Shown here one piece after another: positions 1-12,100 of a DNA stretch of 64,000 bases. Position 1 is the first letter of the stretch, and each line of letters opens with the position of its first letter. The notes beneath the pieces are model-generated. The model was given only the letters and a program-made list of their open reading frames with translations. It did not search any database and was not told the DNA's origin. The translations under genes were made by a program, and so were the position numbers. Location of the stretch: NCBI GenBank assembly GCA_004022145.1, contig RCNU01000005.1, one strand, 5' to 3'. Source of the stretch: Paecilomyces variotii. Lineage: Eukaryota.

Positions 1-640
1 GAAAGACCGACGTCCATATTTGCTCAGCAACGGCTTGCAGGTCACGCAGTGCACCGCACATCCGCGGCCACGCGTCGGAATCATCTGGCAGCCAATCCAG
101 GAAGCGAAACAAGACTATTTCCTCTCCACCTAATCATGCATAGATAATAAAGGGATAGAAAAAGACTATATCAGATTGCAACGAATGGACCGTATGCGGT
201 AAAATACTCCGATTGAGGGATACTACCTTTCCGGCTCTAGTGGGCGCAGAAGAAGGTGGTAGTAAGATATATACATACTCTGGCTGTCAGCAGGTACAAA
301 GCAGCTAGGAGAAAGTCCCTCAGTCGGCAGATCCTTGGTGCAGGGTGCCGTAGTAGTACTAAACTATATTACCAGATAGATGCCCGAGCACCGGCCACGC
401 ACCGTTTCCGGTTTATCTTCGAAGAATCGGGTGCATCCTAGTCGACCTTGCAGGTTCGCCGGTGGGATTTGCTGGTCGTTTCGGATGAATGTCCGTTTGT
501 ATATTCCGTAACCTGGGGTCGGATCTCGGCGAGGTGCAGTGCGGAGGGTGAAGCGGCTGGTGTTGTGTTTGGCTAATTCTATTATTCCTGATTTCTTCTT
601 GAACTGTAATGGTTCGTATCTAGACGCTATATTTTAAAGG
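1..640 (-). CDS. Possible spliced hypothetical protein running off the left edge
   Basis: Open minus-strand segments (KHNTSRFTLRTAPRR...LGCTRFFEDK...GIYL; SMYISYYHLLLRPLEPE; FLDWLPDDSDAWPRMCGALRDLQAVAEQIW) are separated by GT...CTGAC..AG intron-like stretches. Start not located and family not recognised. Confidence 0.35.
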
Positions 641-1121
641 GAGTTTCTGGATTTGATAGCGATAATGTAAGCGCGTTGACCTGAAGTTGGGTTGTAGTTA
701 TAGTACCTCCTCTGGTCGGTGTTGGTGATGGTCTTACTGTAGAGTCTTGGGTCTTGCGTGAGATCTGTTATTGATGTGATGATTATGATCGAAGGGAACG
801 CTGTTGCTCCGTATTTATCTTATGGATTAATCGATGGAATCTACTGATTCGGATTTGAAGTAACTCCAAGAAGGCGAGTAGGATGCATATCAGAGGAGAT
901 ATGTATAGAAAGCCCCCAGTGGCGCTACGACATATTATGATTTGGGAAATTTTGTGTTGTAAATCCAAGTCTAAGAAAAGGAATACGGTTCAACAGCCTC
1001 GAATCAAAAGTCATCCCAAGCTCGCAATTAAATTAGATACGGCTCGATAGGTAACCACAATCGAAGAGATAGAATTTGCATGCACATATGAAAGCTGGAA
1101 TGATCATCCCCACTCATAAAT

Positions 1122-2417
1122 TTACTCAGACACGACCTCCAATCCTAGGTACGGCAAGAGCTTGTCTCTGCCGAAATCCTCAAAGCCATGAAACTTCACT
1201 CCGAGAAGCTTGAACACGTTCTCATCGGGGATTCTCGCTCCTCTGTACATGTACCCGTGGTTGTACAGGCGGAACATGATGTCGCGATCCTGTACTCCAG
1301 TCGTTTGGAGGACTGTATATTTCACGTGCTTTCCGGAGACTGGAGTGTGTTAAATACGTCAGTACACTTTTGTTATAGTAGCAAGTGATATATGTATGAT
1401 GATGACAAAAGGATCGTGGGATAAGGGAAGAAACTAACGTTTCTCGATCGCCTCGGAGATTTCACTCTGTGCTATCCTTGTGTTCATGGCATATAGGTAT
1501 TTGTGATTTAGTTCTCCGTGTTTAGTATCCCATTGATCGAAGATGGCTTTGACGATTGCAGATAAATCTTTCTCGACGTAAAGCATAGCCACTATTTCGC
1601 TTGGGTTAGCATCTGAATCATGCATTGAGAAGATACAGTCTGTAAATACGTAAATCATACATCTTGTCTCTGGTAGCAATATGGGTTGCGTAAACTCAAT
1701 AATGTCTTGCTCCTTGTCATACTTCACGTGGTTTCTGTAGATGAGGTTCTCGTAGAACGTCCCCGTGTAGACGAATACTCCTGGGAGATTGATTTCGCGG
1801 ATATACTCGTCTACATGGTATTTTCCTAAGGAAAGAGTCAGCACGGAGTGATTCTATGAACATGTTAAGGATGTGATATGTGGTACTGTACCTTCATAGA
1901 TGCGCGAAACGAGTTTACCCTCGGACAGCTTTTCCGAACTAGGAAGTGTACTCCATACAAAACACTGCACGCCTGCGTCCAATGCGGCCTTTGCAAGATG
2001 CTTTCCCTGCTGCTCTTCGCTGCCAGGATCATCCTTTATGCTCTAGATAGGACACATGATATGTCAGACCCTAATACATTTGGCCGGAAACACCATACAT
2101 ATAGGAGGTACATGCAGTATCGTAAAAGTTCGTCACTCCAAATACGCCCCAGCAGCCCTCCAAGGCCGGTGGGACGTCCGAAGGTACCGTTAGATCGGCT
2201 CGAACGATCTCTGCCCCGAGGCCGGCAAGTTCCCTGGCAGCTGCAGAATCCGGGTTTCGCGTGAGGGCACGTACTCGATATTCTTCTGGGTGGTGCAGGA
2301 GGAGCTTGGCAACTGAGCCACCTGTGATTACTTCCAAGTTAGTAGATTACCGTGGAGACCAGATGTCCACGTACCTTGGTTACCCGTGGCACCTGTAACA
2401 GCTATCAACTTGGTCAT
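1122..2417 (-). CDS. NmrA-like NAD(P)-binding Rossmann-fold protein (multi-intron)
   Basis: ATG at 2417 gives MTKLIAVTGATGNQG (GxxGxxG). Later exons encode YRVRALTRNPDS, GVFGVTNFYD, GKYHVDEYIREINLPGVFVYTGTFYENL. Stop TAA at 1122-1124. Confidence 0.85.
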
Positions 2418-3778
2418 TTTCAAAGCAGCTAAAGAATCTTTAGAAAGAGTTTCGTCTCCTTGGTACAGAAATCACAATCAATTTGTCTCTCACTTCTCAG
2501 AACTGAGAGGGGCTCATATATCGCTGCCTCCGCTCCTTATTAAGCTCCCCATGTTGGCAATGCGGGGTCTGCAAATAAGTCGTACAACCAGATGTATAGT
2601 TAAGCAGTATAAGCAAATTCCGCATATAACTATCAGCCAGGACGGAATGCCTTCCGACCTATTCCCAATATAGAGGAGACAACAGCTGTCGTGCTCTACT
2701 TTCCTGTTTTTGAAGATACTCTACTGGCCAATATTATGAGATGGTGGATCCATGAACGTATGCCCTGCATAAGTGGGATAGGCCATATATTTGAAATACA
2801 GTGTTTCCGACTTGTGAGTGGAAGGGTTAATCAAGTATCCTCACGGATGATCGGCAACATGTATGTACCTAGTTAGGGCTTCATAGTGGTTGCTAGACGT
2901 GGCATAGCTCTTGAGAATTGCCGTATGCCTTTGTCCGTGTGAGATTTTGATTACATATCCGGCAGGTTTGATCGAAATGATGAAGGGTACATATCCGGGG
3001 TTGTTGGTGTTCTACAAGCCTCGGATTTGCGAAAGGCTGCAACTGGCATGGAGAATCGAATTACCAAGCTAATAGCTAGTATGTAATTCAGGGCTCAAAT
3101 CACTTCGTGCCGTAATTTAGCACCAAAGAAAACCACGACCCGTGAGAACAATATAGTCAATTATAAAAAGGCTGATAATTACCTAGAGGTATTATTCTGA
3201 TCATCGAAGAGAGAGAAACAAGGCGGGACATTCATACCGCCTTATACGTCATCAACCGTTTATTTCCGGCAGAAAACTCACCGCCATATGAACCCGCGGA
3301 TGACGGGAAAAGAATGATGGGATTTCGGAATGCATTTCGAGATCATTCTTGGGGAGCCAGGGAGCTACAGTCTCCAATCCCACAACCGATACTCGAGAGA
3401 CATACCTGTTGTGCTGTCAATTGACCCTCAACTGTAAGTATTCTGCGCCATTTTGTCCTATTATTGCTGTCTGCACCTTCTGTTGGCAAGGGATCGTCAC
3501 ATCATACGACTAGGGGTGATGGTTTTCCCCCACATCCTTACGTGAGAGATCACTATCCCTACGCATTTACAGCTCTTTCGAATGCCTGGAGTAGTCTAGT
3601 TTACTCAATTCCACTGAATATTTGCCTCTGTCTGCAAAACTACAATACCCTCTGGCTTATTTGTCTAATAATTTGCTGTGGTAACACTAAGACAGCAGGG
3701 CTCACGGTTTTCTAGTTTCCGCAACGCTGACATCGTCCAATGCTTCCCCGATAAAGTAGTCACTGACGCCCTATAAAC

Positions 3779-5430
3779 ATGGCTGCAAGTTCTGCATCGT
3801 TGGCTTTCAGAAGCCGTCTCCACACAAGCTCTCGAGCCTTGTCCCTTTCCCGTTGCCATCATCGGCCATCGCTTTTGCAACGACAAGGTGGCCTGCGATC
3901 ACTGATCAACAAGAGAGATGCATCGACAGGTGAGGATTTGAAAAAAGAAGTTTCCAAGAAGGCGAGTGAAGTTCCTAAGAAGGCGGGCAATGGGCTCAGG
4001 AAGACAGTCTTGGGTACCTCTTTGCTTTTCACCCTCCTCGCCGGTTACGTCTACTTCACCGATACCAGAGCGAGCATCCACAGATACGGCGTGGTTCCAA
4101 TCGTCAGGCTTATATTCCCGGATGCGGAGGATGCTCACCACGAAGGTGTAAAGGGGCTTAAGAGACTATATGATTTGGGCTTGAACCCTCGCGAACGTGG
4201 TAATCCGGATGCCGATGGTGTCCTGGCGACTGAGGTACGTTACCCTAGTCTCTGCAAGCCATGGACAGGGCCTTATCGTAATTCCAATGTATATAGGTGT
4301 TTGGCTACACACTAGCTAATCCTATCGGCATTTCCGGTGGTTTGGATAAACACGCCGAGATCCCCGACCCGCTATTTGAATTGGGAGCTGCGGTTGTCGA
4401 AGTTGGAGGAACGACACCATTGCCCCAGGAAGGAAACCCACGTCCTCGTGTCTTTCGCCTTCCCTCTCAGTGTGCCATGATCAACCGTTATGGTCTCAAC
4501 TCGAAGGGTGCCGACCACATGGCTGCTGTCCTGAAACAGCGCGTTCGTGAATTCGCCTATGCTAGTGGGTTTGGCCTTCACGATGTTGCTGAAAAGCTGG
4601 TGCTGGATGGTGAAGCGGGTGTTCCTCCTGGAAGTTTGGTTCCTGGAAAACTGCTTGCCGTGCAGATCGCGAAGAACAAGCTCACACCCGATTCGGACAT
4701 CGAAGCAGTGAAGCGCGACTATGTCTACTGTGTGGACCGCCTTGCGAAGTACGCGGACATCCTAGTTGTGAACGTTTCCAGCCCCAACACTCCTGGCCTG
4801 CGCGACCTCCAAGCTTCAGCACCCCTGACTGCCATCTTGAAAGGCGTCGTGGGCGCTGCAAAGAGCATTGACCGCAAGACCAAACCCTTTGTCATGGTCA
4901 AGGTGAGCCCAGACGAAGACTCTGATGAACAGATCACCGGAGTCTGTGATGCTGTCTGGAAATCCGGTGTTGACGGTGTCATCGTTGGAAACACCACGAA
5001 CCGCCGTCCGGATCCCCTGCCCAAGGGATTCACTCTCCCCCCGCAGGAACAGGAAGTTCTAAAGGAGACTGGAGGATACTCTGGACCTCAGCTGTTTGAC
5101 CGTACCGTAGCACTCGTAGCTCGCTACCGTGAGAAGCTCGATGAAGGTCCTGTCACCGAGGCACACCAGAGCGCAAAGGAGGTCACTGCAGGCGCACAAG
5201 CCGCAGAGCCAGATCAGGAAAACATACCGACTTCTTCTTCTCCATCTGAGATCTCTCGAAAAGTGATCTTTGCGAGCGGTGGTATCACAAACGGCAAGCA
5301 AGCACTCTCTGTGCTCGATGCAGGTGCCTCTGTCGCGATGATGTATACTGCTATTACCTACGGTGGAGTGGGAACAGTCACACGTGTCAAGCAGGAGATG
5401 CGCGAGGAGAAAAAGAAGCTTGGAAAATAG
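3779..5430 (+). CDS. pyrE: Mitochondrial class 2 dihydroorotate dehydrogenase
   Basis: Arg/Ser-rich presequence plus TM segment, DAEDAH, NPIGISGGLDK, VEVGGTTPLPQEGNPRPRVFRL, INRYGLNS, VNVSSPNTPGLR, KVSPD. Intron 4235-4296 (GTACGT...ATAG) joins the two ORFs in frame. Confidence 0.96.
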
Positions 5431-5816
5431 ACAAGAGTGTAAAAGCATAAGAATAAAGTTAAGGTAGTTCAATGGCTTAAAAGGTGTACCTATAGTTATA
5501 GTTGATGGGTTAGTAATGTGACTTTATGATCACTGGATCTGCACGCGTGCTGGACATCACCAGCCTCAACCTCTCGACACTTCCTGCAGCCTGATCAATG
5601 GAAGAGGCAGCAATCCACAACAGCAAGTGACTCGAGAAATTTCATGCATCGTTGGTCGTTGAGGCGTTGATGAGATCTCAAGCACGAGTCTGGGACAAAT
5701 TGGCGGCGATCGCGCGTTACCCTTCGCGTGACTTTCGGCGGCCAGGAACTGTCCGCTTGTATAGCCATCGTCTAACGCTCGTCACCAGAGCTCAATCCAG
5801 AGCTCTATCATTAGAA

Positions 5817-7775
5817 ATGGATGACCGACCTGCCAAGCGGTTGAAAGTTGCATCAAGTGATGCCCATCACCAAGAGCCGACCGGCCCTACAATCGACTGC
5901 TCAGACGATCCGACAAACCCAAGTTCAAGCAGAAGTGGCAGGTCCCTGGCGTCACTTACCAGGTCTATAACGCCGCCTCCACGGCCACGTTCTCGTTTGC
6001 CATCCCAGTCACAGCAGAGTTCTGTGACTGGTGTATCAACTCATCAAGCTGGTGATCAAAATGTCCCAAAATTAATATCGTCGCCCATTCAGCTCACTAA
6101 TATCCGTGATCTGCCCGCATCTTCCGGCAACAATGTGGACACGATCAGGCTGCGGGATATCCTGGGGGATCCTATGATTCGCGAATGCTGGCAGTTCAAT
6201 TTCTTACATGATGTCGATTTTATTATGAGCCAGTTCGATGAGGATGTTAGAGCTTTGGTGCAGGTGAAGATTGTACATGGATCGTGGAAAAAGGAGGCTC
6301 CCAATCGTATTCGAATCGATGTAAGTGCAAGTGCCATGGCTGTTGAAACCAGAGGGATGATTCAGTAACTGTCATTTGGTAAGGCTTCATTAACTAATTT
6401 GCTTTTCCCAGGAACAATGTGCACGGTATCCGAATGTGGAAGCTATAACAGCTTACATGCCAGAGCCATTTGGCACACATCATTCCAAGATGATGGTTAT
6501 TCTACGGCATGATGATCTGGCACAGTATGTGTAATGACATAGACTCAGATAATTTCTTGCTTATCAAGTATAGGGTCATCATACACACAGCGAACATGAT
6601 CCCCGGGGATTGGGCCAATATGTGTCAAGCTGTCTGGCGCTCCCCATTGTTACCGCTGTCGAATACAAGCAAATCTGCAGAACCAGCTTCTTCAATAGTT
6701 GGTTCTGGTGCAAGATTCAAAAGAGACCTTCTTTCTTACCTTGGCGCTTATGGGAGCAAAAAGACCGGCCAGCTCGTCAAGCAGCTGGAAAAGCACGATT
6801 TCGGCGCTGTGCGAGCTGCATTAATTGCAAGTATACCTTCGAAACAGAAAGTCAATGATATGGACTCCAAAAAGGCATCACTTTGGGGATGGCCTGCACT
6901 GAAGGACACTTTGCGGAATGTCCCTCTTCTGCAAGAGAAGAGCACCCCGGGGAGTAGTAAGAAACCTCATATTATCATCCAAGTAGGTTACACGGTGTTC
7001 TTAAAATGCTATGCTAAATACACCACTGACACATCTACAGATATCATCTATAGCATCTCTCGGGCAGACAGATAAGTGGCTAAAAGAAACGTTTTTCGAG
7101 TCCCTATGTCCTTCGGCTCTTAACCGTCCGAAATTCTCCATCATCTTTCCGACACCAGATGAAATCCGAAGATCCCTCAATGGGTATGGCTCAGGAGGCT
7201 CGATCCACATGAAGCTCCAGAGCGCCGCACAGCAGCGACAGCTGCAGTACATGCGTCCGTACCTCTGCCACTGGGCTGGGGACAGAGAGGACCCAATTAG
7301 CGATAGGATGGGCGGCGGTACTAATGCCGTGAAATGTGAAGCAGGCCGCCGCAGAGCTGCACCTCATATCAAGACCTATGTGCGATTTTCCGATGCAGCA
7401 AGCATGGATCGAATCGACTGGGCCATGGTGACATCCGCTAACCTGTCTACTCAGGCTTGGGGCGCTGCTCCTAATGCGAACGGGGAAGTCCGCATCTGTA
7501 GCTGGGAAATAGGCGTTATGGTATGGCCAGAGCTTTTCGCTGGAAGTGAGAATGAAGGGAGGGTGGAGATGGTCCCTTGTTTCAAACGGAATACCCCGTC
7601 ATCCGATCTTATTCAAACGCTAGAAGGTCGAGACTCGACCGTTCCGTCCGCTATTGTCGGATTCAGGATGCCCTACGATCTGCCCTTGACTCCTTATTCT
7701 GCCACTGATATACCATGGTGTGCGACTTCAAGCCATTCCGAGCCCGACTGGCTTGGGCAGACCTGGGAGGGGTAA
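5817..7775 (+). CDS. tdp1: Tyrosyl-DNA phosphodiesterase 1
   Basis: Two HxK catalytic motifs (FGTHHSKMM ~6470-6493; APHIKTY), TSANLSTQAWG, SWEIGV, PYDLPLTPY. Three introns. Likely ATG at 5817. Confidence 0.93.
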
Positions 7776-8086
7776 AAGTTTCGATGAGTATGGACAGATT
7801 TATGCATATTCCTGAAAACGCTTTCAAACCAATGCCTACGAATCTTGTGTTTTCATGAAATAGCAATAGAGCGCTTGAACGTGTCTCTAATATCGACTAC
7901 GTGAGATCATCACCCATGAGATTTCTTAAATCACAGCGTGTATACCCCAGCGCACTCGTACACTATATACTAGCAGAGAGTAAATCGCATTGATCCATAT
8001 CCGGGCTCATTATAGTTCATTCCTAGAAACCAATCTCCAAGAATTGCTCTAGATCATACCACCTTCCGGTCACAAAGGCAAGACGT

Positions 8087-8792
8087 CTATTGGGTTCCGA
8101 TCTGTTCGATAAGCTCGTTGACGAGCTTGGTGTACTGCTGCTGTGCCTGTGCGGGCGTGGTTCCTGCGGTGACGACGGCCTTCCATGCGTTGTCCATGTA
8201 CTTTCTCTATACCGCGAGAGATGAAGCCGTTAGACATGAAATGCTCTGAAAGCAAAAATGGTTCCCGGACGTACCTTGAAGTCGAAGGTGCCAGGGGCGG
8301 GCCTCTGGTCGAAAGGAGGATTCTGCAGACCCTGCTTGCTCAGACCATAGAGCTGTGGAAAGAGGTGAGAAACGTTAGCCCGGAATTTCCCAGAACTTCT
8401 TGAACACGGCCAGAAAAAAACACCATGTCCGCCCTGCCCTGCTTCAGACCCATATCCTAACCCCCTCTGCTTATCTATCCTGTAGGAACGACACCAGCGA
8501 ATATCACTCCCAGATGTTCGTTTCATTCTCCTTATCCGATTCAAACCGGCTGAAAGTACCGTAAGAGGAAACAACACCCCCTCCCCCGTGAAGCAGCGAG
8601 ACAGAACGAACTGAGATATGAGAAGAGTGCACATACCTGCAGTTTCTGGTCATCAGTGGGCGCCTGCTTCAGATTCTTGACCTGAGCGTAGGCCGTCGCG
8701 AACTCCTTGGCAACTGCCTCAGCCTGGTCACCCAGCTCGGGCTGGGCAGCCTTGAGCGCGTCTTGGTAGATCTTCTCGTCGTAGCTGGACAT
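8087..8792 (-). CDS. Acyl-CoA-binding protein (3 exons)
   Basis: Assembled: ...FATAYAQVKNLKQAPTDDQKLQ|LYGLSKQG...PAPGTFDFK|RKYMDNAWKAV...AQQQYTKLVNELIEQIGTQ*, matching the ACBP LY..KQ...AW...Y pattern. Canonical introns, the first about 285 nt. Confidence 0.85.
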
Positions 8793-9143
8793 GGCTGCTT
8801 TGTGAAATATAATTCTTTTGTTCCTCAGAGTGGGATGAGTAGAAAAGGATGAAGAAAAGGAGGGGCAGCACAACTCAGAAGTCAGATGAGATGGGAAATG
8901 GCGGGGTTAGCGGAATGTTGACGGTAGCTTCGGTTTAGCTTTAGTTTACTGCTTCTACTGACGCCATTGGCCCGAAACTTGTTGGGGATTTATTTTCGCA
9001 TATTATGGTATTATTATTATTTTAGCAGTGAGATACAATTCTGCTATCTAGATAGGTAGTTGCGCATCTCTAGCTGTTAACATAGGTACTTATCAGAGGC
9101 AGATCATTCTCATGTCTTCGGTTCACTGTTAACACGTCCAAGA

Positions 9144-12100
9144 TCACTGAAGCTGTCTGGCTATGTAGGATTGCAGGAGCTCTACAATCGCCTCATGTTG
9201 TTCCCGTATGGCAGCAGACAATGGCGAGTCCCCATCATTAGCTGTTGACATCGGGTCGACTTTTCCAGTTTCCAGCAGTAGTTTCACCACTCTCGGACGA
9301 CCGCGCTCTGCTGCATATCTTAAGGGTGTTTGTCCATAGATATCTTTCGAATCTGGATCGACCTTCCCTGTCTCAAGCAGTAGTTTTACTGCTTCATCAT
9401 GTCCACTCCGTGCTGCTTCCATCAGCGGTGTCCGGCCGTATTTGTTGTTGTGGTTCGGATCATATTCTCCAGTTTCAAGCAGTAGTTTGACCACAGCCTG
9501 GGTGCCGTTGTCTGCAGCAAGCGACAATGCTGTTCTGCCGTCGTCTGTCTCAGACTTCATATTGACTTTGCCGGTTTCAAGGAGCGCTTTCACCACTTCC
9601 AGGCGTCCGTTGTGTGCTGCGGTGTGCAACGCCGTCCAGCCGCTATTATCTTTCAATTCTGGATCAACCTTTCCTGACTCAATCAGAAGCTTCACCATTT
9701 CCGGCTGCCGATTCCATGCAGCTGTCTGCAATGGTGGCCAACCAAATGGGCCCTTGCTTTCCGTATCAATACCGTCAGTTTCAAGGAGCAGTTTTACCAC
9801 GGCCTGATGCCCCTCATATGCCGCATGAATTAAGGGCGTATCATCTTCTGCAGACCTGGGGTTTGGATCAACCTTTGCAGTGCGAAGTAGAAGCTTTACT
9901 ACTGCATCATGTCCAGTTGCTGCTGCCACTAACAGAGGTGTCACGCCGTACCTATCTTCCGTGACTGACTCTGGGTCGACTCTGCCAGTTTCGAGCAACA
10001 TCTTCACAATGGCTTCATGTCCATTCTTACAAGCGTATGATAATGGTCTCCACCCCTCTTTGGAGACTGAGTCCGGGTCGACTTGGCCGGTCCCAAGAAG
10101 TAGTTCTGCAATCTCTTTGTGCCCATTTTCTGCAGCATATGCTATTGGTGTCATGCCGAACTCGGGATCCTTTAGGTTCAAATCCGCTTTGCCAGTCTGA
10201 AGAAGCAGTTTCACAACCGCTTCGTGTCCACGCTCTGCAGCCCACAACAGGGAGCTCTTATCGAAATCATCGATGTAGCCCTTGTCGATTCCATTTTTGA
10301 TGAGCAGTTGTTGTACGACAACTTCAAGGCCGAAATAAGATGATATCGCTATTGCGGACGCCGGCTTCTCTAGCCTGCCAGTTTGTATCTGCTCCCAATG
10401 TGTGTCAAACCATGGGTAAAGGCGTGTGGTCTGTATTTGACAAAGCTCGAGGGCATCGCCTTGCATCGATTGATCAGCTACATCCTCTGCCTGTTGAAGA
10501 TGGATTGCCCAGTAGGCCGACGCATAAATCAAGAAGGATCGCTCGTGAGTGATCTGATCTGGGCTGCCTGGAATCGAGAGATCCCGATTATCAGGCTGGC
10601 TCTCTTCTAACCAATGTGGGAATTTGACGTAGGCCATGCAGCAGCCTGCTAACAACGCATGTGCCTGTTGAGTGCTGATCGAATGACGGAAGGCGGAAGA
10701 ATTCACGTCAGTAGTGCTGTTGGAGGTAGCAGATCCTATCTTTGGTAACAGATATTCCCTTGCAGTTTGGTGAAGAAAGTAAACCATGCCGTCGTCTATT
10801 GAGACAAACAGACCACAATACTGTCTCAGGCTCCTCTGGAATTCGCCGACAGGCTCGAGATCGAGGTCCCGCAGAGAGCTTGACGACCTGTCTGTTTCTA
10901 ACGCAATCTGCATCTCACCCGCGGTGAGAGGGCGATACGCAGTTAGAAGGATTTTGAAAATCTTCAATGCCCTCTCTTTGTCCTTTGACTTCTCCAAGAT
11001 TTTCTCATATGCATCGTCGAAGCTGACAGGGATATTGCTGAAGACCTTCTTTTGCATCTCCTTCTCTGTCAATTTTATCAACTCATTCTCGAGGTAGTCG
11101 AACACAAGATATAGCCAGAGATAAGTGCGATGCTTGATTTCCATCAGTCGTTTTTCCAGATAGTTAGCTGCGCCCTCTGTGAGACCTCGCTTCTGCTGAA
11201 ACTTGCGCACGCGATATCTAATGACTGCATTGATCTCATCGGCAATTCGAGGCGACTCATCTTCCCCAGGAATTCTCATATTGGGAAAAGCTTCGTCAAA
11301 TTCGTGAGTTATGTCCCCATATGGCCTACTTGTTAGTAGTATTTTGAGCTTCCCGCTCGCTGTTGACGCTCGTAGAAACTGACTTTTCAGGAATGATATC
11401 AATTTCTGGCGATCGTATCTGTCACACTCGTCTAGTGCGTCTAGCACAAAAATCACTTGACCTGCGTCTTCGTCCCTGGTAGCATTTTGGAGAATTTCCC
11501 ACAGCTTTCCTGGGATTTCTATGAGCTTTGGACCGTTCTTTTCCACAGCTTCAATTGCGTGTCGAACCAGTGAGGGCCTTTGAGACAACAACTGATGAAG
11601 CAGCGCGCAGAGCGCTATATGAACACGGGACTGGACTTGCTCCTTGAAGAAGAAGTAACAAATGACTGGTGGTTTCCCCGACTCATTTATACACTGCGGA
11701 AGTTCGCAGTCGATGAGATACTTGGCGAGCACGGATTTTCCGCAGCCAGGATCAGCAGTCACGAGGAGGATACCGGAATCATCTTTCAACCAGTGCTTGA
11801 AATTTTCTTGGTCCAAAAACCACTGGCAGGTCCCTCCGACCCTGTATTCGACGCGATACTTGAAGTCTTCGTATGTCAGCTTTTGTTCAAGTTCAGCACC
11901 AGACCCAGTAGTGTGCGTGAGGCGGAAGAGTTGAAGACAATCCCGCTCGTTTCTTGTCATCTTGCGTTCCGCCGTTTCTATGCTGAGCTTGAGAACCTTC
12001 TCTTGGATATCGTAAAGGGCGCTGTCACGTATTTGCACCGAGTCCCGTGTCACAATTCTTTCACGCTCCTTCACCCGTGATAGCAGTTCGTCCCACCTTC

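Noticed and set aside
3434-3716. Possible 5'-UTR intron of pyrE
   Set aside because: A GTAAGT donor is present but branch point and acceptor are ambiguous.
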